Below, one piece after another: positions 1-8,865 of a DNA stretch of 32,000 nucleotides. This DNA comes from Candidatus Woesearchaeota archaeon. Lineage in GTDB: Archaea; Nanobdellota; Nanobdellia; Woesearchaeales; GCA-2686295. Both the position numbers and the translations under genes were made by a program. The DNA lies in assembly GCA_002686295.1 (NCBI GenBank), contig NZBB01000038.1:1-32000 (forward strand). Direction: 5' to 3'. Numbering within the stretch: the stretch's first letter is position 1; the number at the start of each line of letters is the position of its first letter. The notes under the pieces are model-generated. The model had not been told where the DNA came from. It worked only from the letters and a program-made list of their open reading frames with translations, and did not search any database.

Positions 1-2
1 AA

Positions 3-278
3 AATGAAAAATTAATAATTTTATATGTTCCTAATCATGATAAAAACTTGACATATAATAATGAACTAAATATTTTTGCAAAAGATTTTATCACAGAATT
101 TTCAAAAAAAGAAACAATTACTTTAATTGATTTATCAAAAGAATATGAAAAAGAAAAAGTCTACCAAAATAAAGAACCATGTCCTCCAGAAGATGTTCAT
201 CCAAATGATAGAGGGCATGAAATAGCAGCTGAAAAAATATATAAATATTTGACTAATAACAACTTGATAACAAAATGA
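3..278 (+). CDS. SGNH/GDSL-family hydrolase, 3' fragment (gene begins upstream of the window)
   Basis: Frame 3 is open from base 3 with no stop before the track's TTG at 48, so the gene enters from upstream. C-terminal 'DVHPNDRGHEIAAEKI' matches SGNH block V (DxxH). The TGA stop overlaps the next ATG (ATGA at 275-278). Confidence 0.6.
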   Translation, partial: NEKLIILYVPNHDKNLTYNNELNIFAKDFITEFSKKETITLIDLSKEYEKEKVYQNKEPCPPEDVHPNDRGHEIAAEKIYKYLTNNNLITK

Positions 279-1009
279 AAAAAGCAGTTATATTATTTTC
301 AGGCGGAGCAGATTCAACTTTAGCAACAGCTCTAAAAGCAAATGAATTTGATGAAATTCATTTATTAACATTTCATCAACAAACTTCTTTTCAAGCAAAA
401 AAAAGTAAATATTATTTAGATGCATTAAAGAAAAAATTTGGAAATAAGTTTAAACATAAAATAATTCATATTAATAAACTTTACAAAAAAGTTCTAACTA
501 ATAATTTAAAAGACGATTTCAAAAAATATCATTTTCATATGGCATTATTTATTTGTGAAGCTTGTAGAATTGCAATGCAAGCAGCGACAATAAAATATGC
601 TATTAAACATAAAATAAAATATGTTTTTGATGGTTCGTGGAAAAAACAAGATATCTCTCCAGAAGCCATGAAAGAAGTGTTAGTTGAGATAAAAAAATTA
701 TATTTTGAATTTGGTTTATATCATAAAAGTCCAGTTTATAATTATCCAAACAAAAATGCAATTCAAAAAAAACTTTTCGAATTAAATATTGCAGACTCTC
801 CAAAATATAAATGTCGACCATTAACAAATACAGATGCATATTTATTCCCAAAAAATCAACCGTCATGTCCTGTTGGGATTATAAGTGTTGCATATTCAAA
901 ATATATTTATGCTCCAATAAAAGGGAGAAAAAGAAGAAACCTGGACTGCAAAGAATACTATATTTCTAAAAAAGAAATCTTAAAAAAAATTATTAATCAA
1001 AAAAATTAA
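275..1009 (+). CDS. PP-loop (adenine nucleotide alpha-hydrolase superfamily) ATPase; amidotransferase/sulfurtransferase-like, exact function unknown
   Basis: N-terminal 'VILFSGGADST' is the SGGxDS PP-loop. An internal CEAC pair and further Cys residues are present. 244 aa. Confidence 0.65.
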   Translation: MKKAVILFSGGADSTLATALKANEFDEIHLLTFHQQTSFQAKKSKYYLDALKKKFGNKFKHKIIHINKLYKKVLTNNLKDDFKKYHFHMALFICEACRIAMQAATIKYAIKHKIKYVFDGSWKKQDISPEAMKEVLVEIKKLYFEFGLYHKSPVYNYPNKNAIQKKLFELNIADSPKYKCRPLTNTDAYLFPKNQPSCPVGIISVAYSKYIYAPIKGRKRRNLDCKEYYISKKEILKKIINQKN

Positions 1010-2147
1010 CTATTTTCTTCACTTCTTTATTAGTTAGATTATGAATTGGAAGATATAATGTTTTCTTCTCTGCTTCTTTTGCTAACGAACAATTACTAGA
1101 CACATTTTTTATATAACCTTGCGAAGTATCAATTCCTTTCTTAAATAAATTCATAAGTATACCGTTCCTATTATTAACTTTTATTGCATAGTGTGTGTAT
1201 ATAGAGTTTAATGGTTTTTTATTTAACTGTTTAGAATATAAATTTGCAATAAAAACTCTTTTTTCATTATATTTATCAACAAGTTTTAATTGCTCAAGGC
1301 CAATGACTGCTTGTAAATTTGAAAAATTGTAAGTGTACTTTTTGAGATCAAATTCCTTAAAATCAAATAATTTTTCAAAAAAAGAAAACTTAAGAAATTT
1401 CAACAACCATAAAACATAATAAGTAAGAAACGAAAATATTAATGGAGATGTTAAAAAACTAAAAAAATAAACTGTTGCTAATCTTGAGAATATAGATACC
1501 GATGAAGGATTTTTATATTTGAAAGTGTTTAAAGATATAGCGTCATATATATTTTTATTATCTGTTAATATAAAACCCCCACCAAGACAATTAATGTTCT
1601 TTACTAAACCCATACTACCTATACTAATATCTCCAAAAGAACCAATTCTTTTACCCATATATTTTGATCCAAAAACTTGAGCACAATCTTCTATAATAAT
1701 AAGATCATGTTTTTTTGCCAGATTCTTAATTTTTGTAATATTCATAACTTCGCCAAATAGGGGAGTTAAAATTATTGCCTTAACATCATTTGTTATTTGT
1801 TTTTCGATTAAATTTTCATCCATGTTAAAAGAATCTTTTTTTATATCAACAAAAACAGGTTCTAAATTTAATTCTCTTATTACTTCAACAACTTCAGGCA
1901 CATTGAATGCTGATATAATAACTTTCTTACCTTTCGGAATATTAAGAGCTTTAAGAGATTCATATAAAGCTAAAGTTCCAGAACCAAGAGACAAACAATA
2001 TTTTTTCCCTATAAATTTAGCTACTTGCTTATTAAATACAGAAATATATTTATTTGAATTAATTTTTTTACCAAGAACAAACTTTAGAAGTCTTAAAAAT
2101 ATTCTTGGAAAATATAATCTAAATCTTGGAACTTTACAAAAACTCAT
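993..2147 (-). CDS. DegT/DnrJ/EryC1/StrS-family PLP-dependent sugar aminotransferase
   Basis: 'SLGSGTLALYESLKAL', 'IIEDCAQVFGS', 'FGDISIGSMGLVKNI' (candidate PLP lysine) and 'FSNLQAVIGLEQL' fit the family pattern. ATG start. Its 3' end overlaps the convergent PP-loop gene by 17 nt. Confidence 0.75.
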   Translation of the reverse strand: MSFCKVPRFRLYFPRIFLRLLKFVLGKKINSNKYISVFNKQVAKFIGKKYCLSLGSGTLALYESLKALNIPKGKKVIISAFNVPEVVEVIRELNLEPVFVDIKKDSFNMDENLIEKQITNDVKAIILTPLFGEVMNITKIKNLAKKHDLIIIEDCAQVFGSKYMGKRIGSFGDISIGSMGLVKNINCLGGGFILTDNKNIYDAISLNTFKYKNPSSVSIFSRLATVYFFSFLTSPLIFSFLTYYVLWLLKFLKFSFFEKLFDFKEFDLKKYTYNFSNLQAVIGLEQLKLVDKYNEKRVFIANLYSKQLNKKPLNSIYTHYAIKVNNRNGILMNLFKKGIDTSQGYIKNVSSNCSLAKEAEKKTLYLPIHNLTNKEVKKIVNFFD

Positions 2148-2191
2148 ATTAAAAGAATACTTTTTTATAATAAAAAGTTTTGCTTCAGTAA

Positions 2192-3607
2192 ATGGTTAGA
2201 GTTCTTTTTGTTCAACAAATTTGGTTTGAAACAGAGTCTATAATGATTTTGTCCGCCATGCTAAAAAAACATGAACATGAATGTGAACTGATAATTGGAT
2301 CATCAAAAAAAATTGTTTCCAAAATTAAAAAATTCAAACCAAATTTTATTGCTATATCTGGAATGCATGTGGAGAAAGAATGGATAAAAAAAGTAACTAG
2401 AGAAATAAAAAGATTTTCTAACAACCCTATAATTGTTGGAGGATCAATTGTTCTTTCTGCTCCTGAAATTATAAAAAATAGGTTTATCGATGCATTAGTT
2501 TTTGGAGAAAGTGAATACTCAGTTGTTGAAATAGCAGACAGAATACATAATAAGAAAAGTTTCTCAGACATTCCAGGAATAATAACTTGTAAAAATAATC
2601 TTATAATAAGAAACAAAGAAATAAACACAATTCATAACCTTGACGAACTACCATTCCCAGATCGAGATATATACAAAGAGTATTATAATATATTAGAAAA
2701 AGGAAGGTCGACACTATTCAAAACATCAAGAGGATGCGCATATAAGTGTTCATTCTGTTTTTATAACACTCTAAAAAACCAGTCAGAATATCCAGTTATG
2801 ACAAGAAAAAGATCGGTTAAGAATATTATAGAAGAGATAAAAAGCATCAATAAAAAAAATCCTATAAAGAGAATTCACTTCTTTGACAGCATTTTCATTA
2901 CAAACAAAAAATGGCTCATGAAATTTCTGAAAATATACAAAAAAGAAATAAACATACCATTTACATGCAATGCACATTACAATTTTATAGATGAAGAAAT
3001 AATAAGAGAATTAAAAAAATCACATTGTCACACCTTACAGATTGGAATTGAATCAGGAGATGATTACTTTAGAAATAAAATTCTTAAAAAGAATATTTCG
3101 AATAATCAAATAATAAAAATTGCCAGATTACTCCACAAATATAAACTTAAATTTATCTCATTAAATATGATGGTGTTTCCTGGAGAAACATTTGAACAAG
3201 CAATGAAAACAGTGAGAATTAATCAAAAAATAAAGCCAGACTATGTTAGTGTAGATATGTTATTACATTATCCAAATCTAGAAGTAACAAATTACGCGTT
3301 AAAAAATGGGTATTTAAAAAAGGAAAAACTTGAATTGCTATCAAAAAATAATTATAAGATGTCAAGAAGCATTTTAGATCAAAAAAACCTAAGAGAAATT
3401 TCTAATCTGCAAAAATTTGCAATACTTCTAATACTCTATCCATCAATTAAGCCCATAATTATGCAATTAATAAAATTGCCAGAAAATAAAATCTTTGATT
3501 ATATATTCGCTGTAACCACCTACTTGCAGTTTAGAAGTTTTATGAAGTTTAGCATACAAAAGATATTTGGAGATGCGATAAGAAACTATAAAACATTCTT
3601 GGATTAA
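2192..3607 (+). CDS. Class B (B12-binding-domain) radical SAM enzyme
   Basis: The N-terminal Rossmann-like pattern 'FIAISGM...PIIVGGSIVLSAPE...DALVFGESE' is typical of the B12-binding domain fused to radical SAM. It is followed by 'SRGCAYKCSFCFY' (CX3CX2C). Confidence 0.75.
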   Translation: MVRVLFVQQIWFETESIMILSAMLKKHEHECELIIGSSKKIVSKIKKFKPNFIAISGMHVEKEWIKKVTREIKRFSNNPIIVGGSIVLSAPEIIKNRFIDALVFGESEYSVVEIADRIHNKKSFSDIPGIITCKNNLIIRNKEINTIHNLDELPFPDRDIYKEYYNILEKGRSTLFKTSRGCAYKCSFCFYNTLKNQSEYPVMTRKRSVKNIIEEIKSINKKNPIKRIHFFDSIFITNKKWLMKFLKIYKKEINIPFTCNAHYNFIDEEIIRELKKSHCHTLQIGIESGDDYFRNKILKKNISNNQIIKIARLLHKYKLKFISLNMMVFPGETFEQAMKTVRINQKIKPDYVSVDMLLHYPNLEVTNYALKNGYLKKEKLELLSKNNYKMSRSILDQKNLREISNLQKFAILLILYPSIKPIIMQLIKLPENKIFDYIFAVTTYLQFRSFMKFSIQKIFGDAIRNYKTFLD

Positions 3608-3609
3608 AA

Positions 3610-4617
3610 ATGAAAAGAATAACTCCTTACATAAAAAGTTTGTTCAGATACAATATTTTAAAAAAAAAAATTCCTCTCAATGTTAGCATTTCTTTGACTA
3701 ACAAATGTCAGCTGAGCTGTGTGTATTGTAGAATACCACAAAGAAAACAAAAAGAAATGACCACAAAAGAAATAATACAAATTATAAACGATCTTTCTAA
3801 AAATGAAACACAAAGAATAAGTCTTAATGGAGGCGAACCATTACTACATAAAGATTTAGATATAATAATAAATAAATGTAAAGAAAAAAATATTTTTACA
3901 AGTCTGACAACCAATGGACTTCTTGTTTCACAAAAAATTAAGTCTCTTAAAAAATTAGATCTACTTATTATAAGTTTAGATGGAAACAAAAACATACAAG
4001 ATTCAATCAGAGGCAAAAGTTTTGATAAGATTATAAAAGGAATAAAAAAAGCCAGAGAAAATAATATTGTAGTTTGGATATCAACAGTTTTATCTAATAA
4101 AAATTTTTTCAATGTTGATTTCTTATTAAAGAAAGCAGAAGAGTTAGACTTCTATGTAAGCTTTCAAATAGTTCATCATATAGATACTATTTCAGGAAAG
4201 ACTAACAAATTATTATTGACAAGAGAAAAATATCAAAAACTGATAAACAGATTGTTATCTTACAAAAAAATAAACAAGAGAATAGTAAACTCAAAAACAG
4301 TTCTTAAATACTTACACAATTGGCCAGATTATAGAACAAAAATAATTAACAATGCATCTGGCAAGATAAAGAATTATATTCCATGTAAAGCAGGACAATT
4401 ATTTTGCCATATAGATACAAATGGGGATGTTTATCCGTGTACTCAATTGATTGGAAAAACAAAAACAAAAAATGCTCTTAAAATAGGATTTAAAAAAGCA
4501 TTTGATAGTATTCAAAAACAGCAATGTTCTTGTCCTTCTACTGATTATAATGAATATAATTTTTTATTCTCATTAAATTACGAGAGTATTGTAAATGCAA
4601 TAAGGTTAACTAAATAG
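3610..4617 (+). CDS. Radical SAM enzyme with C-terminal twitch/SPASM-like auxiliary-cluster domain
   Basis: 'LTNKCQLSCVYCRIP' (CX3CX2C), 'SLNGGEPLL', and C-terminal 'CKAGQLFCHIDTNGDVYPC' (CX12GX4C), followed only by 'CSC'. A 2-nt gap separates it from the preceding gene. Confidence 0.75.
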   Translation: MKRITPYIKSLFRYNILKKKIPLNVSISLTNKCQLSCVYCRIPQRKQKEMTTKEIIQIINDLSKNETQRISLNGGEPLLHKDLDIIINKCKEKNIFTSLTTNGLLVSQKIKSLKKLDLLIISLDGNKNIQDSIRGKSFDKIIKGIKKARENNIVVWISTVLSNKNFFNVDFLLKKAEELDFYVSFQIVHHIDTISGKTNKLLLTREKYQKLINRLLSYKKINKRIVNSKTVLKYLHNWPDYRTKIINNASGKIKNYIPCKAGQLFCHIDTNGDVYPCTQLIGKTKTKNALKIGFKKAFDSIQKQQCSCPSTDYNEYNFLFSLNYESIVNAIRLTK

Positions 4618-4622
4618 ATAAA

Positions 4623-5846
4623 TTATTTTTCTTCACAAACCCAATTTATTTTTTCCTGTTTCAAGAAGTTTATTGCATAATTCAAACGTTTACGTATTTG
4701 TTTAGAAGAAATCTTATTCTTGAAATTATGAGAATCTGATTGGGATAAATCGTGATAAGGATAAAGAAAAACAAATCCTGGTTTTATTAGCTTAATAAGA
4801 TTTAAAGTTTTAACAAAATCATTCCATGATTCTGATGGAAAGCCTATTATAAATTCACTATTTATTTTTAATTCTGGATTAGCAGTTCTTAAATTTGAAA
4901 AGCATTTAACTAAAACTGAAATATTATATGAACGTTTCATTAAATTTAGAATCCTTTTACTTCCTGATTGAATTGGACAAAAGATTTTAGTAATTTTCCC
5001 ATTTTTAATTTGGTTAAATAATTCTTGTTGATACTTTATTAACCAAACAGGATTTATATCTTGTATATGCCATTCAACTTTAAAATTCTTATCAATAATA
5101 GAAAATTTTTCTAATAATTCGGAAAAAGAAGAGTTTATATCTAAACCATAAGCTCCAACATCATCTGCAAGTATAACAAATTTACGATGATTCTTATCTA
5201 TTAGATTCTTATATTCATTCAAACAAACAATTAATGGCTTACTTTCTAATTTACCTATTGCTTTTTTAATTGAACAATAAGTACAATTACCTAAACAACC
5301 TCTTGATATGCGCATCATAGCTAAAGGTTTTTTTCTGTATAAAAGATTAAAGAAATCAGATATTGAAACATGTTGTTTGATATAATAAACAAATTTTCTA
5401 AAAAAAGTTTTATAATTTTTTGAAAATCTTAATTCTGTTAGAAATTTTATAATTGCAGATTTAAAACTATTAAAAAGAAAATTCTGATCTGGTACTGAAG
5501 ATAATTTAATTTTAAAATTTGGAAAAATATTATCTATTTCAATCATATTCTTTGTTGTAATAAATCTTCCTGAAAATTTTTCTCTAAATTTTTTTGGAAT
5601 AATCTCAGGCATACAACCAGCGATGATTAATTCGCCTTTAAATTTATTATAAGAATTAATATATTTAAAAGATTCATTTTCTTTAAATTCTCTAAAACTA
5701 CAAGTTAAAAATATTATTTTATCTGCTTTAGACGGATTAGTTACTATTTTAAAATTATTTAATTCAAAATACTTAATTAACCTTCTCATATCTAAAATTC
5801 TTGCAGGACAACCATTAGTTGTGATAAATATTCTTTGTTTTCTCAT
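4623..5846 (-). CDS. Methylthiotransferase (MiaB/RimO)-like radical SAM enzyme lacking a TRAM domain
   Basis: The N-terminal MTTase-type tri-Cys domain is present ('TTNGCPARILD', 'FLTCSFRE', 'IAGCMPE'). The core motif is 'SRGCLGNCTYCSI'. The protein ends about 60 aa after 'IIGFPSES', so there is no room for a TRAM domain. Confidence 0.7.
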   Translation of the reverse strand: MRKQRIFITTNGCPARILDMRRLIKYFELNNFKIVTNPSKADKIIFLTCSFREFKENESFKYINSYNKFKGELIIAGCMPEIIPKKFREKFSGRFITTKNMIEIDNIFPNFKIKLSSVPDQNFLFNSFKSAIIKFLTELRFSKNYKTFFRKFVYYIKQHVSISDFFNLLYRKKPLAMMRISRGCLGNCTYCSIKKAIGKLESKPLIVCLNEYKNLIDKNHRKFVILADDVGAYGLDINSSFSELLEKFSIIDKNFKVEWHIQDINPVWLIKYQQELFNQIKNGKITKIFCPIQSGSKRILNLMKRSYNISVLVKCFSNLRTANPELKINSEFIIGFPSESWNDFVKTLNLIKLIKPGFVFLYPYHDLSQSDSHNFKNKISSKQIRKRLNYAINFLKQEKINWVCEEK

Positions 5847-5934
5847 TTGAAATAGTTTCTTGAAAGATTATCTTTTTAAAAAAGTTCTTAAAATATAAAT
5901 AATTATTTATACAAAGTAATAATTTAAAAAAAGA

Positions 5935-7617
5935 ATGAGTAAACAAATTCTTGGAATAACAGATGGAACACAAGAATCTGGAATTAGCATTGTTAATCAT
6001 GATAAAATAACTTTTTCAATTAATGAAGAAAGAATTACTCGTAAAAAAAAACAAGGAAGTTTTCCTTCAGAATCAATAAAATTAATCAAACCAAAAAACA
6101 TAGATGAGATTGTCGTTGCAAGCATTTCCACACCAGAAATATATTTAAGGATTTTTAGAAAAATACAACGAAGATTTTCAAGCAATATGGGTATTCCAAC
6201 TAATTATATAAATCCAAGTTTTAAAGATTATATCGCAGACTTTTATCGCAGGGTTATTGATCAAAAAATACAAAATAATCTCAATCAGATAAAAACTTTG
6301 AGAAAATTAAAAATTTGTTTCTTAAAAAAAATTATTAGAAATCAATTTAGAATAAACGCACCAGTATATTTTGTTAAACATCATTTAGCACATGCATCAG
6401 CTGCATTTTTTACATCTGGGTTAAAAAGAAGTTTAATTATTACTGCAGATATGGAAGGAGATGGCTTTTCTATGAAAGCTTATGTAATGACACAAAAAGA
6501 ATCAAAATGTATTTATTGTGTTAAGCCAGAACATTCTTATGGAGCTTTCTATGCAGCGATAACAAGCTATCTGGGATTCACACCATTTCTACATGAAGGA
6601 AAAATTACTGGTCTTGCAGCATATGGTAATACAGAGAATGTGAAAGTAGAATTTCCTTTTAATATAATTAAAAACAAACCAGTATTTACAAAAAAAAATG
6701 GGCTTGGTTTGAGAAAGTTTTTGAAAAAACTTGAACATTATAAAAAAGAAGATATCGCTGCTTGGCTTCAAAAGAATACTGAAAATCAAATTTGTAATAT
6801 TATCAAATCTCTAATTATTTCTACAAAAATTAAAAATATTTGTTTAAGTGGTGGTTTATTTGCTAATGTCAAACTTAATCAAAGAATTCATGAACTGCCT
6901 GAAGTTAATTCTGTATATATATTTCCTAACATGAGTGATGGAGGATTAGCATTAGGAGCAACATTAGCTCATACAAAACCAACACCAAAAAAATTAGAAA
7001 ACATTTACTTGGGACCGACATACTCTGATAAAAGAATAAAAGAAACACTAGAACAAAGCAGACTAAAATATAAAAAATATAACAACATAGAAAAAGAAAT
7101 AGCAAAACTATTAAGCAAAGGAAAAGTTGTAGCTAGATTTAACGGAGCAATGGAATACGGACCAAGAGCACTAGGAAACCGCTCAATACTATACCAAACA
7201 ACAGACAAAACAGTAAACGAATGGCTAAACAAGAAATTGAACCGAACAGAATTCATGCCATTCGCACCAGCAACACTATGGGAAAAAAGAAAAGAATGCT
7301 ACAAAAACATAGAAGGAGCAGAAAACACAGCAAGATACATGACAATATGCTTTAACTGCACTGATAAAATGAAAAAACAAAGCCCGGGAGTAGTACACAT
7401 AGACGGAACAGCAAGACCACAAATAGTAAAAAAAGAAGACAACAAAAGCTTTCACAAAATAATAACAGAATACCACAAAATAACAGGAATACCGAGCATA
7501 ATAAACACAAGCTTCAATATGCACGAAGAACCAATTGTAATGACTCCAAAAGACGCAATAAGAGCATTTAAAGACAGCAAAATAGATCATCTAGCAATAG
7601 GAACATACTTAATATGA
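5935..7617 (+). CDS. NodU/CmcH/TobZ-family carbamoyltransferase
   Basis: 'ILGITDG...INEERITRKK', 'HHLAHASAAFFTSG', 'EYGPRALGNRSIL', 'EFMPFAPAT', 'VVHIDGTARPQIV' and 'NTSFNMHEEPIV' are all family hallmarks. Confidence 0.88.
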   Translation: MSKQILGITDGTQESGISIVNHDKITFSINEERITRKKKQGSFPSESIKLIKPKNIDEIVVASISTPEIYLRIFRKIQRRFSSNMGIPTNYINPSFKDYIADFYRRVIDQKIQNNLNQIKTLRKLKICFLKKIIRNQFRINAPVYFVKHHLAHASAAFFTSGLKRSLIITADMEGDGFSMKAYVMTQKESKCIYCVKPEHSYGAFYAAITSYLGFTPFLHEGKITGLAAYGNTENVKVEFPFNIIKNKPVFTKKNGLGLRKFLKKLEHYKKEDIAAWLQKNTENQICNIIKSLIISTKIKNICLSGGLFANVKLNQRIHELPEVNSVYIFPNMSDGGLALGATLAHTKPTPKKLENIYLGPTYSDKRIKETLEQSRLKYKKYNNIEKEIAKLLSKGKVVARFNGAMEYGPRALGNRSILYQTTDKTVNEWLNKKLNRTEFMPFAPATLWEKRKECYKNIEGAENTARYMTICFNCTDKMKKQSPGVVHIDGTARPQIVKKEDNKSFHKIITEYHKITGIPSIINTSFNMHEEPIVMTPKDAIRAFKDSKIDHLAIGTYLI

Positions 7618-7775
7618 AACAAAAGACAAAGAAACAGCAAATTTTTAAAATCATAATTATTTTATTTATAGTTACTTTTGCTATGATTATATTAACAAAA
7701 ATAATGATTCTAACAAAAATATTAATGGTAGTAACTTATTTGATTCTTATTTTAATAAGCTTCATAGTTTTTTAG
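7614..7775 (+). CDS. Small hydrophobic ORF (53 aa, below the track cut-off), putative membrane peptide or detached signal anchor
   Basis: My own translation is MKQKTKKQQIFKIIIILFIVTFAMIILTKIMILTKILMVVTYLILILISFIVF. Its ATG overlaps the carbamoyltransferase stop (ATGA at 7614-7617). It has a basic N-terminus followed by two hydrophobic stretches. Confidence 0.3.
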   Translation: MKQKTKKQQIFKIIIILFIVTFAMIILTKIMILTKILMVVTYLILILISFIVF

Positions 7776-7813
7776 ATCAAAAAAATGTCTTCTTATTTTT
7801 AATTTTTATTCTC

Positions 7814-8743
7814 TTGTGGCCTTTTCTAATTAAAATGCTTGTTGACATAAAAGAAGAAATTGAATTTTCTAAACAAATAGATTTTATTTCTAACAAAGAA
7901 GGTTTAAGATTTAGCTTTGAAGACTATAGCAAACCATATAAACCAAACACTAATTTAACTTATATATGGGGTAATAATGTTTCAAAAAAAGGAATAGTTT
8001 ATCATATAAACTCTATTGGTATAAGAGATAAAGAATATAACATTTCAAAATCCAATAATACTTTTAGAATAATATCTTTAGGAGATTCATTTACTTTTGG
8101 ATGGAAACTTCCTCTAAATCAAACTTGGCCGAAATTATTAGAAGAAAAACTAAATATATTAAAAAAAGAATATGAAGTAATGAATTTCGGGGTTGATGGG
8201 TTTAATACAGATTTAGAAGTAAAATTCTTTGAAAAGAAAGGATTTCAATTTTCGCCAGACATGATAATAATTCAATTCCTATCTGATGATGTAAAAGACA
8301 TAGAAAAAATTGATAAAGAACTAGACAAATATTACCTACATTTAATAAATAATAATCCAAACATTAGCCATGATAGTCTTGTAAGCAAAATTCATAAATT
8401 TCATAGAACATATTTTATGACTAACCAAGAATCGTCTAATGAAGAATTCTCAAATGTTGAGAAAGCACTAACAAAATTAAATTTTCTAACCAAAAAACAA
8501 AATATTAAAGTAATTATATTTTCATATGAAAACGAAAATCATATTAAAAGTTTACCGCTTAAACTTGAAGTGATTTCAAAAAAATTTAATTGGACCTTTT
8601 TAAATTTAAATAGAGAAATAGGATATAATATGCAAAATCAAAAATTTAGAGTTGAAACATATGACGGGCACCCATCATATTATGCCAATAATTTAACAGC
8701 ATCTTATTTAGCTGGAATTGTTCCAAAAAAAAATGTTAAATAA
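7814..8743 (+). CDS. SGNH/GDSL-family hydrolase
   Basis: Block I is 'IISLGDSFTFGW', block II-like is 'NFGVDGFNT' and block V is 'YDGHPSYYANN'. The track start is TTG at 7814; the first ATG is at 7835. Confidence 0.7.
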   Translation: MWPFLIKMLVDIKEEIEFSKQIDFISNKEGLRFSFEDYSKPYKPNTNLTYIWGNNVSKKGIVYHINSIGIRDKEYNISKSNNTFRIISLGDSFTFGWKLPLNQTWPKLLEEKLNILKKEYEVMNFGVDGFNTDLEVKFFEKKGFQFSPDMIIIQFLSDDVKDIEKIDKELDKYYLHLINNNPNISHDSLVSKIHKFHRTYFMTNQESSNEEFSNVEKALTKLNFLTKKQNIKVIIFSYENENHIKSLPLKLEVISKKFNWTFLNLNREIGYNMQNQKFRVETYDGHPSYYANNLTASYLAGIVPKKNVK

Positions 8744-8865
8744 TATGAGAAATGATGATTGTAGTTTAGTAAAAATATTAAATAGTGAAACTATTAACAA
8801 AAGGGAAAACTAGGGCCAGATTTAACAAAGCAAAATAAATGATCTAGCCAGAGGGATTATTTAGT

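Noticed and set aside
603-6789. Short opposite-strand or overlapping ORFs in the track (603..866, 1822..2199, 2212..2628, 2783..2977, 3708..4112, 5815..6000, 5997..6185, 6589..6789)
   Set aside because: All lie within, or antisense to, motif-supported genes. In an AT-rich genome such ORFs arise by chance, and none shows recognisable motifs.
7005-7590. Long antisense ORFs 7005..7256 and 7276..7590 opposite the carbamoyltransferase 3' end
   Set aside because: The sense strand here is almost devoid of T, so the antisense strand lacks the A needed for stop codons. The predicted proteins are Cys/Phe/Val/Tyr low-complexity strings. These ORFs are artefacts of the composition skew.
8744-8865. 122-nt intergenic spacer, slightly G-richer, with a partial direct repeat (ctagggccaga / ctagccagaggg); considered as small RNA or tRNA fragment
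   Set aside because: I could not fold a cloverleaf or a stable stem. The repeat is short and imperfect. The region most likely just holds the promoter/RBS (GAGGG) for the methyltransferase.
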